Shown: one piece after another, positions 13,448 to 26,873 of the stretch
How positions within the stretch are numbered: the stretch's first letter is position 1
Layout of the letters: each line of letters opens with the position of its first letter
Assembly: GCF_006345805.1 (NCBI RefSeq)
Contig: NC_043020.1
Location: forward strand, 26,784,001 to 26,848,000
Reading direction: 5' to 3'
Length of the DNA: 64,000 nt
From: Octopus sinensis
Taxonomy: Eukaryota
Made by a program: the position numbers and the translations under genes
Notes under the pieces: generated by a model
The model's database searches: none
Seen by the model: only the letters and a program-made list of their open reading frames with translations
Told to the model about the DNA's origin: nothing

Positions 13448-14230
13448 TATAATCGACCGGACCCTGCTGGTCACAAATGCGGAGCCACGCATTGCTGTAG
13501 CTTTCGAATGAGGCAACAGTGTTGGCTAAGGTGGGCAGACCAACATTCTCCCTAAACGGAAGACCGGTCCATCGCAGGGTTACCCGTTTATGTATGCTAG
13601 TGTCTGTGTATATATATGTATGTGTATATATATATATATGTATGTATGTGTATATATATATGTATGTATGTGTATATATGTATGTGTATATTTATATATA
13701 TATGTGTATATATATGTATGTGTGTATATATATGTATATATATATATATATGTTTGTGTGTGTGTGCACACTGTTTGGAAGCTACGCTTCACAATGTGGT
13801 CCGCGATAAGCTGGATTGTGTTGGGAGGAAACTCCTCCTCAAAGTCAATCATGCAGGTCATGGGTTCGTCCCTGCCAAAAGGCTATTCATGCCTCGAGTC
13901 AAGTTTTATTTTTTTTTTCTTTCTCCCCATGATTCACAAACATTGTCAATTACATCTTTGATGTTGAACTTCTATACCGATTAATTAACTAATTTAACGG
14001 TGTTTAACGAGCATAAAAATATTCGTAACTTGGGAGGTTTCAGCTCGTTAATATGTGGATAGTTTAAAAATTAAAAAAATATATTTTTATTCGTATCCGC
14101 TGGAACTCATTAAGAGAAGCACATTTAGCAGGAAATGGACAAAAACGAATTATCAATAAAATTAGTAATCAATATAAATATGAAGTAACTAATTAGCGCT
14201 CAAAATAGATGACATTATTATTAATAACTG

Positions 14231-14447
14231 GGGCAGCGAGCTGGCAGAAACGTTAGCACGCCGGACGAAATGCGTAGCAGTATTTCGTCTGCCGTTACGT
14301 TCTGAGTTCAAATTCCGCCGAGGTCAACTTTGCCTTTCATCCTTTCGGGGTCGATAAATTAAGTAACAGTTACGCACTGGAGTCGATGTAATCGACTTAA
14401 TCCGTTTGTCCCTTCCATGTTTAGCCCCTTGTGGGTAGCAAAGAAAT
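14231..14447 (+). mobile_element. SINE family 2. Other copies approx. 14628-14765, 14951-15040, 15789-16016(-), 22990-23848(-, cluster), 45920-46085, 54465-54665, 61130-61280(-)
   Basis: GGCGAGCTGGCAGAAACGTTAGC...GAGTTCAAATTCC head and shared body. Confidence 0.85.
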
Positions 14448-17400
14448 TAATATGTGTATAGTTTAAAGATTAAAATATATTTTTATTCGTATCCGCTGGA
14501 ACTCATTAAGAGAAGCACATTTAGCAGGAAATGGACAAAAACGAATTATCAATAAAATTAGTAATCAATATAAATATGAAGTAATTAATTAGCGCTCAAA
14601 ATAGATGACATTATTATTAATAACTGGGGCAGCGAGCCGGCAAAATTGTTAGCACGCCGGACGAAATGCTAAGCGGCATTTCGTCCGTCTTAACGTTGTC
14701 AGTTCAAATTCCATCGAGGCCGACTTTGCCTTTTATTCTTTCGGGGATCGATAAAATAACTACCAATTGAGTTAACTCCCTTCTCTGATCTTGCTGGCCT
14801 TATACTAAAATTTGAAACCATTATTATTCTTGTCAACGGGGCAAGCTTGAAGACTCGTTGAATGCCAAGCAAAATACTTACCGTTGACAACAGTTCAGAA
14901 GTCGCCCAAGCCTTTCTGACCATTTTATGTCTCGTTATTTTCTGTATAAAAGGCGGTGAGCTGGCAGAAACGTTAGCACGCCGGGCGAAATGCTTAGCGC
15001 TATTTCATCTGCCGCTACGTTCTGAGTTCAAATTCCGCCAGTCCATCGTGTGGTGGCTTGTGTACCTCAATGGCCGTCTGAGCCATGTCAGTAGAACAAC
15101 AGCTCCAGGTAGATGCTCCCATGCTGGACAGGTCAAAAGATTGAGGTGAAACGAATAAGAAGCACTATTTCCGAGAGCTGAAAATGGGTCTCCGTAGGGC
15201 CAACAACCCTACCTAGAAAAAAAATGCAAGGGTACAGAAAAATCGATGACAATTCAAAAGCAATAATACGTGAGTGAGAAAAGTCTTCCCTCACAAATAT
15301 GACTCGGTGCAACAAGATCCCAATGGAAGCTGCTTGGCCGATTCCTCTTCTGAACCCACTAGGGAGGCGGGAGAGAGGTCGCTCTAAAAATAAATGGAAG
15401 CGGGATATTGAGAAAGAGCAGGGATGGAACCAGAGAGAAGCGAAACAGACAGCCTAGAGTCGAGAACAAAAGAGGGAAGTCGCTAATGGTCTACGTTTTT
15501 ATAGGAAGCAAAGGGTTTGAGTAAGTTACACTGTGAATAACTAAAAGACAGGAGGGTCACCGCTAGAATGTTTTTGATGATGTCTGCTGGTCCAGAGCAG
15601 AAGGCAACGACATGGCCTCCGTTCGTTAAGGCTGTCTCCCCGCGTCCCAGCGGCAATGTGTCGCCCTTTAACATGGGCGATCCCACGAGACACTCGAGTA
15701 CTGTAAATCCGGTGTTTTGTGTCTAGCGATTTCCCACCCCCGCCTTCACTCACCAGCGGAGTCTAAGGTGCACACTTCAATATATATTTCTTTACTACCC
15801 AGAAGGGGCTAAACATAGAGAGGACAAACCAGGACGGACAAAGGAATTAAGTCGATTGCCTCGTCCCCAGTGCGTAACTGGTACTTAATTTATCGACCCC
15901 GAAAGGATGAAAGGTAAAGTCGACCTCGGCGGAATTTGAACTCAGAACGTAACAGCAGACGAAATACGGCTACGCATTTTGCCCGGCGTGCTAACGTTTC
16001 TGCCAGCTCGCCGCCTTCACACTTCGATATAGGCTCTAGCAGGTGCCGGCTTTTACCATGGTCGGTGCCATTTATACATGTCTGTGCACACCAAGAAACG
16101 GGTCAGCGACTTTTGACCGACGTAGCTTGGCACCAGTGGCGACACAGACGCTGATGCCAGATTAGGTGGGAATAGTCGGAACGGATATCACAAGGAATTC
16201 TTCCTAACCCTCTGAATTTTATTTTCTACTTTATTAGTCACTGAACTATAGCCATGCTGGAGCACAATCTTGAATGGTTTGGTCGTAAAAATCAATCACA
16301 GGGCTTGTTTCTTGAAATCTGGTACTTATTCTCTAGATTGCTTTTAGATTTTGTTTTCTCCAAAACTACAAGATTACTGGGACGTAAGCAAAACAACACC
16401 GGTTATCAAACGATGGCAGAGACAAACAAATATACATACATAGAAACACACATCTTTTCATCCATAAACACAGTTTTTCTTTATTAAATTCACTCGCAAG
16501 AAGTTATTCGTTGGCCCAGCGTTACAGTAGAAGACACCTGTCCAAGGTACCACGCTATGATACAGAATCCGAAAACACGATTGCAAAGCAGGTTTCTTAA
16601 GCACGCAGCTATGTATGCACCTACGGTAATTAAAAAAAATATATATCTGACTTTGAAAGATAAAGTTGACCTTAGTCAGAATTGAACTCCGAGCGCAATG
16701 AATCAGAGGAATAACTACTTCAGAACACTCTATCCAACTCTCTTATAACTCTGCCAATTCACTACTTTAGGATAGAGCGTAGATCATAGCCTATTACACT
16801 ACACTATACTATGCTGCTTGTGCGAGCAACGAAGACCGAGTAGGCACATGGCCAAGTGGTTAGAGCAGCGGACTTGCTATCGACGGATCGCGGGTTCGAA
16901 TCTCAGACCGGGTGATGTGTGTGTTTATGAGCGAAACACCAAAGCTCCACACGGCTCTGGCAGAAGGTAATGGCGAACTTCTGCTGTTTCTTTCGCCACA
17001 ACTTTCTCTCACTCTTTCCTCTTGGAGCTCACCTGCGACGGACCGGCGTCCCATCCAGGTGGGGAACCTATGCGCCAAGGAAACCGGGAAACCGGCCCTT
17101 ATGAGCCAGGCATGGCTCGAGAAGGAACAAACAACAGTTGTTACTCGGTCTGCTAGATATCACAGCCAAATTTTCCTCATTTCACGTCCCACTGTTATAA
17201 AAAAAAAGGATATTTGCATTCCTAGGTAAAGTAAAATAATACAATCTGAAGAAACTAGTGATGCTACAGACGTGAAAGAGGTCATGCTGTGACAAGGAGA
17301 GAGAAATATTACGTTTCGGTTGTTTGTCTTCAGAGAGAAAAAAATTACAATTGCAGCGTGGAAGGTGTTTGTAAGCCATTTAAGAAACACACAAAAGCCG

Positions 17401-17789
17401 TTCGGTTCACTTCAACATTTAAGTTTAATTTGTCAAAATATTTTCGTTGCTTTAAGACCGCGACCTGTTCACTGACAAAAATCCGTGCTGCATAAATAAT
17501 TAACCCTAAAGTGATAAAACACTAATGAGCGTAAGATCTTTATTAATTGCCCCGCTTAAAGGTTCCTAGGTGCGTAGGACACATCCATTTCGAGAGATGC
17601 TTGATAGACGCACGAACGAAAATAAGTTATGTGAAGCTGGGTCAAACTTTATGTATAACCGTTCTGCGCTTTAGAAGACATCGGCCACTTTTTGGACAGT
17701 TCCTGTCACATCAGTTTTCCTTTCAGATGTTACTCCCCTCTCGCCCAACCATTTTCCCTCCTGGAGAAAACGATACTGTGAGCGTTCCC

Positions 17790-18200
17790 GGATCTTTTCG
17801 GTTTGAACAGCAGTTTTTTTCTAGCGGTGTCATATGAAATTGTTACTCATAATTATGACCCTAGAATCGATCTATTGCATTTCAATCTCTTTTAGGGTTA
17901 GGGGTGGGGGAAGGGTATCTTTTTTTTCTTCACAAATGTAGATAAACCCAATCTGTTTCTTAAACGAAGGACATATTCATACGGCACAGAATTTTTTTAC
18001 CTCAATAGACGTCATTGATTGGTTGAAATTGCAGAAATTGAAGAAAAAAAAACCGATTATCTTACAAACTATAGAATTTTCTCAATAAAGCCAAGAGAAA
18101 AAGATGTTTTATAAACACATTCTACCTGTATACGAAGTTTAAAATTTTTTAGTTACCGAGAAATTATCCTTAAAAACTGCCGTTCAAACCGAAAAGATCC
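17790..18200 (+). mobile_element. ~410-bp MITE with GGATCTTTTCGGTTTGAAC TIRs, copy 1
   Basis: TIRs; 8-bp TSD gcgttccc/gagttccc (7/8). Confidence 0.85.
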
Positions 18201-19677
18201 GAGTTCCCCAACGAGATCACCACGCAATGTGAGAGACAGAGAGAAATTGAAAAACTTAAGAAGTGAAAAGTCGCTACACAAGACAATGTAGTACTGCAAC
18301 AACTTTGCTCATGGGTTTGCAGTGAAGTTTAAGTAACACGTAAGTGTAATAAATCTCAACTCTAGGACATCATCGCACCACAATCCATTTAACTGGAACC
18401 ATCAAAATTGTTCCAAATGTTGCGCCTCACTATCAAGGAAGAAATTTCCTAGTAAATATGCATCTTTAACATAGCCAGGGCCGCTTCGCAGTAACTCGGG
18501 TTCAAAAAGTGATTGAGCCCCAACAATTACTCTTTTCACTCTTTTACTTGTTTCAGTCATATGACTACGGCCATGCTGGGGCACCACCTTTAGTCGAGCA
18601 AATCGGCCCCAGGACTTATTCTTTGTAAGCCTAGTACTTATTCTATCGGCCTCTTTTGCCGAACCGCTAAGTGATGGGGACGTAAACACACCAGCATCGG
18701 TTGTCAAGCGATGTTGTGGGGACAAACACAAACACATACATATATATATATATATACATACATATATACGACGGGCTTCTTTCAGTTTCCGTCTACCAAA
18801 TCCACTCACAAGGCTTTGGTCAGCCCAAAGTGTCACGCAGAGGGACTGAACCCGGAACCATGTGGTTTGTAAGCAAGCTACTTACAACACAGGCACTCAT
18901 GTATGTATATATATATATATATATATATATACACGAGGAAGTGAACAGATGAATGGAAGTAGCACTCGACACACGTAGTTGGAGTAGGACTTATTGAATA
19001 ACAGGCTGAATTAGCTTCTCATGTTACTTAAAGTTTCGTGGACGTGAAAAAGCATGGTCTTCATATGTCCGAGGGCCTGCTTTTCTTTTCCGTGCACGAA
19101 ACACGTGGAGCTAAGTTAACCTGTTACGCACAAACACACACAAAACAATTTGGGCACCTCTGACAAGAACCTATTAAGTTTCGAAAATCGATTAAAGCTC
19201 TTCAATCTTTTTTTTTTTCAATATGCAGAGAAATAGATGACGCTTTCCCGATAAGTATCCTACACAAAGTCAGAATGTAACACATTTGTTGAAGCTGTAC
19301 CCATGTTCGTTATCTGGCCATGAAGCAAATATTCTTCAACAGGTTTCACAGATTGGACTACAGTGATGCTAGAACAGCATCTTGTATGATTCCTTTTTCT
19401 TTTTGCTGTCGGACATATCAGACCTTACCCTTATTTCAATACGGATAATATTTTCGATATCTATTTACCAGCGAATTAGCAGAGTCGTTTGAGCATCAGA
19501 TAGAATGATTTGTGGTGATCTGCCACAGTGCGCTTTGAGTTCGAATCTGAGTATCGATAAGCAAAGTATTTGTTAAGAACTAGGGACGATTCCTCCCTTC
19601 TCTAAGTTGGCTCCGTTACACTATGACAAGTTTATTTTCAAGGGTGGAGAAGAAAATTAAAATGTTAGCAATTTATC

Positions 19678-19717
<40 letters not shown>

Positions 19718-19814
19718 TTCAGTAAAATTTAGATTCAAATGAATATGGTACTTAAGTTAGATGCACCAGAATGTTGTATGGTGTTATCCATATAAATCCA
19801 TGGGGTGGTTATAA

Positions 19815-20068
19815 TCAAAATAAGCAACAAGAATATCTTCGGTAATTTGGTACGATCGTTTCACGCTACATCATTTTATTAAATGTTGTAAGTATTACAG
19901 CAGTTTTAAAATGCTGAGCACTCATCAGCCATTAATAAGAACCTCTATTAATGGCTGATGAGTGCTCAGAATTTTAAAACTGCTGTAATACTTACAACAT
20001 TTAATAAAATGATGTAACGTGAAACGATCGTATCAAATTACCGAAGTTATTCTTGTTGCTTATTTTGA
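19815..20068. repeat. Fold-back with 123-bp arms and 8-nt loop
   Basis: 19815-19937 versus 19946-20068, 4 mismatches counted. Confidence 0.95.
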
Positions 20069-23000
20069 GTATATATATATACTTAATTTGAGTATTACAC
20101 ACACAAAAAGAAAGAAGATAACAATGGACAACTGCTTCGAAATCTCCAGTTTCTATATCCAGATTACAAATTTACTTTCAAGCCAATAACAATTGGTGTA
20201 CTTGGCTTGCTTAAGTGACACTCTTGATAAGCTTGGATTGTCAGTAAAAGAAATCAACCGACTCACACATTACAAATACAGTCTTTAAGCGGAACAGTGA
20301 AACTATGCAAGACTTTTCTCAAGATTAAAATGTGACATTGTTTTCGTTATCTATATTTTCATGATGGAACTTTGTATAATTGGTAGAAAACAGCTCCTTC
20401 CCTAAGAGGAAGGATTTAAGTAATTAAAAATGGAAGAGGAGATACATTGATATTACTGAAGCTGGAAAAACTTCGAATATTGTTACTCAGAGTTTCGCAT
20501 AACCGGTCATCAGGCAGTCGCGAGTATTCAGAAGAGTACAATAATTTGTAAGTATTCATGATTTCCAAAATCATGGAATAAACGGTGAAAGCTGATTGGG
20601 CGGCTACTTTTTAAGATGAGAGTAATTTGTTACGTAAAAGCGATTGACCGTAACGGAAAATTATATCAACATTAAGGAGAGTCAAATAAAGATTAAGAAT
20701 TAGATATGGGTGTCGGAGTGGTTGTGTGGTAAATAGCTTGCTTTCCAACCTCATGGTTCCGGGTCCAGTCCCACTGCATGGCACCTTGAGCAAGTGTCTT
20801 CTACTATAGCTTCGGGCCGACCAAAGCCTTGTGAGTGGATTTGGTAGACGGAAACTGAAAGAAGCACGTCGTATATATGTATATGTAAATATATATTTAT
20901 GTGTGTGTGTCTGTGTTTGTCCCCCTAACATCACTTGAAAACCGATGCTGATGTGTTTACGTCCCCGTAACTTAGTGGTTCGGCAAAAGACACCAATAGA
21001 ATAAGTACTAGGCTTACAAAGAATAAGTTCTGGGGTCGATTTGCTCGACTAAAGGCGGTGCTCCTGCATGGCCGCAGTCAAATGACTGAAACAAGTAAAA
21101 GGAGTAAAAGAGTATATAAATCGGATGGTGGAAATCGTAGGTACAAATAGGAAAATACAAAGAACAAGATAGACTTAGCCACACGTGAGATGTTGTGAGT
21201 TAATAAAATAGGAAAGAGAATGAAGTAAGAATTAGAAAATTAAAATAAGGGTGAATGAATATCACAGAAAAAATGAGATAGATAAATAAATATGAAGTGA
21301 GGGGGAACCCGCTATGAGGAGGAATGGAAGAGGAAAAAATGTTACTAGAGAAAGAAGAAAGAAAAGAGAAAATAGAGGTGAATGGGAAAATATAGCAAGT
21401 TTGAAGTACGGTTTTTTATAATGAAGTTAAGGCGGTGGTTGTTGCTTATATCTTATTCTGTGTGAAATATAATCAGTGCGTGTGTTTATTATTGGCCTAA
21501 TGACCCTCCCAAGATACAAAAAAAAATGTTCCAACACAGAATTTCAAATCGAGAATCTTACAAACCAAATACAAAATCCAAATTAAAGCTTTCTATCATA
21601 ATTGCGAGTCAGTTTATATCCTAATCCCCAGCTTAATAATGACAGTTATTTTGCAAAATTCTTCCTTGTTTTCAAGATTGGAATCATCGATGAGATTTAA
21701 GACACCCAGGAGAAAGAAACCCAGCTGACTGATTGGTTGACAGATGGATTGATCAGACAATCGATTAACTAAAATGTTAAATGGTTAATATGCTTAATAA
21801 TAACAATAAACGAAGTGAAAAAGAGCCAGTGCGTGTGTACATTACTGGCATAATGGCCCTCCCTAATACAATAAAATATGTTTCAACACTATTAGAGAGA
21901 GAGAGAGAGAGCTGAAGTAGAGAGAGTATGACATAAATGAGGTCACAAATGACGACGAAAAGTTTGATGGATCGATTTAATCAAACAATCAATCAGTTAA
22001 TTGGCTAAATGATTAACCAATTGAACAATAATAACTATAATAATGATAATAAAAGAACTGAAATATAATCTGTGCGTGTGTTTATTTTTGGCATACTGAC
22101 CCTCCCAATATACAACACTTGTTTCAACACGATCTCATTCCAAGAAACTTTGCAAAGGAATTACAAAAACAAAATATTTTCAGATCAATAATTAGTTTTT
22201 GGTTTTGTCAATAAGAATAGTAAATCAAATCACGTGAGATTTGACAAAGAACATCAACATAAAAGTCCAGTTAAAACAAGAAATTATCTTTCATAGGACT
22301 GCGGCCATGCCGGAGCAGCTCATTGAAGGGTTTCGTCGAACAACGCAACCCCAACACTCGATTTTATTATTAGTGTTTGGCCGAACCGTTAAGTTACGTG
22401 GACGTAAACAAACAAACTCAAGTCACCAAACGATGGTGAGGAACAACACAAAGACACACACGTATATGTATACGACAAGCTTCCGCACAGTTTCCACCTA
22501 CCAAATTCGCTCACAAGACATTAGACAGCCTGAGGTTTATTGCAGAACATATTTGCTCAAGGTTGGCACGTCGCGTGACTTTTAGATGCCCCCTGCAACT
22601 TTTTGCTTTGTGGCCCCCATCCCTTCAACCAAAATGCATAATCTATGCATCTTTTATTCATAGCTATATTTTACTTTATTCTATCTGAAGTTCAATATTT
22701 CACGTTATCTTAAAGAACATCTTTAAAAGTTACATATCTGGAAGTAAAACTTCCAGATATGTGAGTAATAAGGACCAGAGTATAAAAAGCCTATTTGAAT
22801 AGGTACGATGTAAATAATTTTACAAGAACTTTTGTAGGTATAATGTATTACCATTTTATTTGAAATTTTAAGTTAATATAGTTTAGTTCTTTTTCAACAT
22901 AACCAAAGTAAGTTGATGCCTCATCTACGCGCTTTGATTTTAACATGGGGCTCCTCAACCACGGATGCCCCCTCTGACCGCAGGGGTTGCAGGGGCTTAG

Positions 23001-24152
23001 TGACAGCACAAGGCCCGAAATTTTTGGGGAAGGAGGCCAGTCGATTATATCGACCCCAGTACGCAACAGGTACTTAATTTATCGACTCCGAAAGGATGAA
23101 AGCCAAAGTCGACCTCGGTGGAATTTGAACTCAGAACGTAAAGACAGGCGAAATGCTGCTAAGCATTTCGCCCGGCGTGCTAAAGTTACTTATTTCTTTA
23201 TTGCCCACAAGGGGCTAAACATAGAGGGGACAAACAAGGACATATAAAGGGATTAAGTCGATTACATCGACCCTAGTGCGTAACTGGTACTTAAATTATC
23301 GACCCCGAAATGATGAAAGGCGAAGTCGACCTCGGCGGAATTTGAACTCAGAACATAAAGACAAACGAAATATTGCTAAGCATTTCGCCTGGCGTGCTAA
23401 CGTTTCTACCAGCTCGCCGCCTTAGCTCACCAACGATAACGATGATAATAATCCTTTCTACTATAGGCACAAGGCCTGAAATTTGTGGGAAGAGGACTAG
23501 TCGATTACATTAACCCCAGTGTTTCACTGGTATTTAATTGATCGACTCCGAGAGGATAAAAGGCAAAGTCGACCTCGGCGGAATTTGAACTCAGAACGTA
23601 GAGTCATTAAATATCTATTTCTTTACTACCCACAAGGGGCTAAACACAGAAGGGACAAACAAGGACAGACAAACGGATTAAGTCGATTATATCGACCCCA
23701 GTGGGTAACTGGTACTTATTTAATCAACCCCGAAAGGATGAAAGGCAAAGTCGACCTCGGCGGAATTTGAACTCAGAACGTAACGGCAGACGGAATACGG
23801 CTACGCATTTCACCCGGCGTGCTAACGTTTCTGCCAGCTCACCGCCCTTAACCACCTTTATTATTAAAAACAGAATTCATTGGTAAAATTGATAGATATA
23901 AAATACATTAGATATCTCGGTTATAAACTACAAATTCCGCAGATGGAATTGTTTGTACAGAATCTCCGCCCCACCGGATACTTCTAATAATAGAGTTTCA
24001 AAGCCACACACCGAAAGCTGATATAAATAAGATATGCCTACCCTGCTTACAGGGAGAACAGAGCCCAATATATTACCGAGTAACAACAGCTGGACTAAAA
24101 GGAAAATTAGAAGCATAGGGAATAGTTTAGTGTAATAATGTTATAATAATGA

Positions 24153-24520
24153 CTAGCATATGACCCGGCGTTGCCGGGTCATAGTGATAGTGCATGCATA
24201 TACAGCTGCCTGCGTGCGCACATACAAGCAAGTACTGCCCAAATCTCCGACCAATCACATACAGCTAGCTGGCATTCAATTGGCGTATCAAGTTTCGGGC
24301 ATTTTGATTGGGTTTTGGATAGAAAATTCACAAAATGTTACTTCTATTGATTTTTTTAATGGATTTGTGGGGTGACTGGAGAAATGTAAAGATGTGCACG
24401 ACCATCCTTGGACGGTTTTGAATGACCATAGAAAGTGGAGCACTCTAACTGAAAAATTGTGGATTTGTATAAAGGACACACACACAGACAGACATTTTGC
24501 CGTTTATATATATAGAGAGA
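24153..24520 (-). mobile_element. Non-autonomous Helitron, family B
   Basis: TC start, hairpin atgacccggcaacgccgggtcat, CTAG end. Confidence 0.75.
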
Positions 24521-24627
24521 TTTATGGTGATTTCTCCATGAAAACAAAATGAATAAATCTTGACTTTAAATATAGCGAAACAATATGGTAAAAAATAGAA
24601 AGTAGCGATTCCGAAGCAAAGAATTAA

Positions 24628-25135
24628 CCCATTAACTGCCAAATTTCCTTTTGGCTTTGTTAGGTGTCTTAGGAATTATAATAACATTTGGTATTTAAAT
24701 TTTCTTCTTTGTGAATTATTTTGGAAATTATGATAAATTTTTCGGCAAGTCCCAAATGGGGATCGCTGAAAGAAAAAGCTTATTTATCCTTTTCTATTCA
24801 ATTGCAATAATAAACATTTTAGTTTATTTGAAACTATAGTATCAAAGGCGAATGTTTATGAAATATCAATGAATGATATAGATAGGAAATGCAATAAAAA
24901 AAAAAAAACGATTTCAAAACAGTCAATATTTTGAAGTTCGGAAATTGCGATTTATGACGTTATGACCTCTAGAAATTAGCCAGGGCTAATAATAACAAAC
25001 TTTAACTATTAAATATTGTTAAACACACCTCTGCAAATGCATTGTACATAAGCAAATTATTTTAAATACAATGAACAACCGGCAATGAGGCTGTTTTCAG
25101 CAGATCCCCAAATGGGGCTCATGGCAGACAATGGC
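24628..25135. mobile_element. piggyBac-like non-autonomous element
   Basis: TTAA on both sides; degenerate TIR CCCATTAACTGCCA / TGGCAGACAATGGC. Confidence 0.55.
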
Positions 25136-26475
25136 TTAAGATGCTGACAAAACAACAGACAACTTTTAAAATAGAAAAAAAAGGACAAAAATCAAAACAG
25201 AATTTCAAAATAAAGAAAAGGATAAACGTGGACAGAAAAACCACTCCATGGTCAATATCGAGCAAAACTCGACAGGTTACAAGTAAACCAACATAAAAGT
25301 CGAAAACGCATACTCTACATTATCAACCACTAACACACACATGGATATGCATATGCGGTATTTGATGGCATATACCACGTTTTTATTTTCCCCACAGAAA
25401 TCTCAAATTGTCAACATCGTCAGCGTATCGGACGAAGTGCTTAACGGAATTTAATTGCTCTCGATACGTTCTGAGTAACGAGCTTGACTTTACCTTTTAT
25501 CCTTACGCGATCGATAAAAATAAGTACCAGTTTTGTACTGGAGTGTTAATGCAATCCCCTTGCTACCTCCTCTCTAAAATTGCTAGCCACGTGCCAAGAT
25601 CATTATTATCATCATCATCATCATTAGTAGTAGTGGTGGTGGTATTTTATTTATCACAAGTACTAGGGTCGATTTGTTAGTCCAAAAATTCTTCAAAGCG
25701 GTGGTGGTGATATATAAATTCTTCAAAGCGGTGGTGGTGATATATATATATATATGTATAGTTCAAATAGAGGTTACAAACCTCATTACGCGATAGTAAA
25801 ATCCAATGAAGGCGCTGTTTTATACCATGTTCTTTATGCATATTTAGGCTCTATATACGAAGTTGAGCCTATGTTACATGATTTACGCATTAAAATATTT
25901 TTCTTCAATCTTTGCTGCTAAAGTAGCCTCGTCTTTTACTTTTGTAGAAGAGCATATGCTCGAAATGTAAACGACTTTTTCTTCTAGAGTATAAACCTAA
26001 TATACTTCGTTTTATCTCATCTTCCTTCAATCTTGCTTCCAAACCACATGGTTCCGGGTTCAGTTCCACTGCGTGGCACCTTCGTCAGATGTGTCTTCTG
26101 CTATAGCCTCGGGTCGACCAAAGCCTTGTAAGTGGATTTGGTAGACGGAAATTAAAAGAAGCCCGTCGTATATATGTATGCATTTATGTGTGTGAGTCTG
26201 TGTTTGTTCCCTCGCCATCACTTGACAACCGTGGATTATTTTTATGCGTGCGTGCACCCATATTGAAATAGGTGTGTGTGAGAAGATACGATTATACATG
26301 CGCACGCATATATACATAAATACAAGCATACATTTATGGTAATAAATGTAAGTTCATATGCGTATGTATACATAGGTATGCACGTGAATTTATATATATA
26401 GACTCACACAAACGTATGTGTGTACATACACGTGTTTATGTATAATTTACACACATGTATGTGTACACCTACATA

Positions 26476-26506
<31 letters not shown>

Positions 26507-26605
26507 CAATTAAGGGTAAAACTAATTAGTTACGAAGTAATCAATAAATTTCACCAAGTAGAATTCGGTATGAAAACAGGACCGTTATACGGTAAATTCT
26601 AGTAA

Positions 26606-26833
26606 TACTAATATTAAGGGATCAGCAAAGGAATGCATCACCACATACCGAAGTTCAGAAATAGCAGCCAAAATCTAAGCCATTTCTTCTACTTAAAAAA
26701 GTCTACTAGAGAAACCATAATACTTGAATCTTATTCATCCAGGCAGAGGGTAGAAGAAATGGCTTAGATTTTGGCTGCTATTTCTGAACTTCGGTATGTG
26801 GTGATGCATTCCTTTGCTGATCCCTTAATATTA

Positions 26834-26836
<3 letters not shown>
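26606..26836. repeat. Fold-back with 87-bp arms between (TA)n tracts
   Basis: 26606-26692 versus 26750-26836, no mismatch seen. Confidence 0.95.

Positions 26837-26873
<37 letters not shown>

Noticed and set aside
23940-24120. Peptides resembling a CUB domain (NCLYRISAPP) or trypsin (INKICLP)
   Set aside because: The resemblances are in different frames, need frameshifts, and lack supporting exons.
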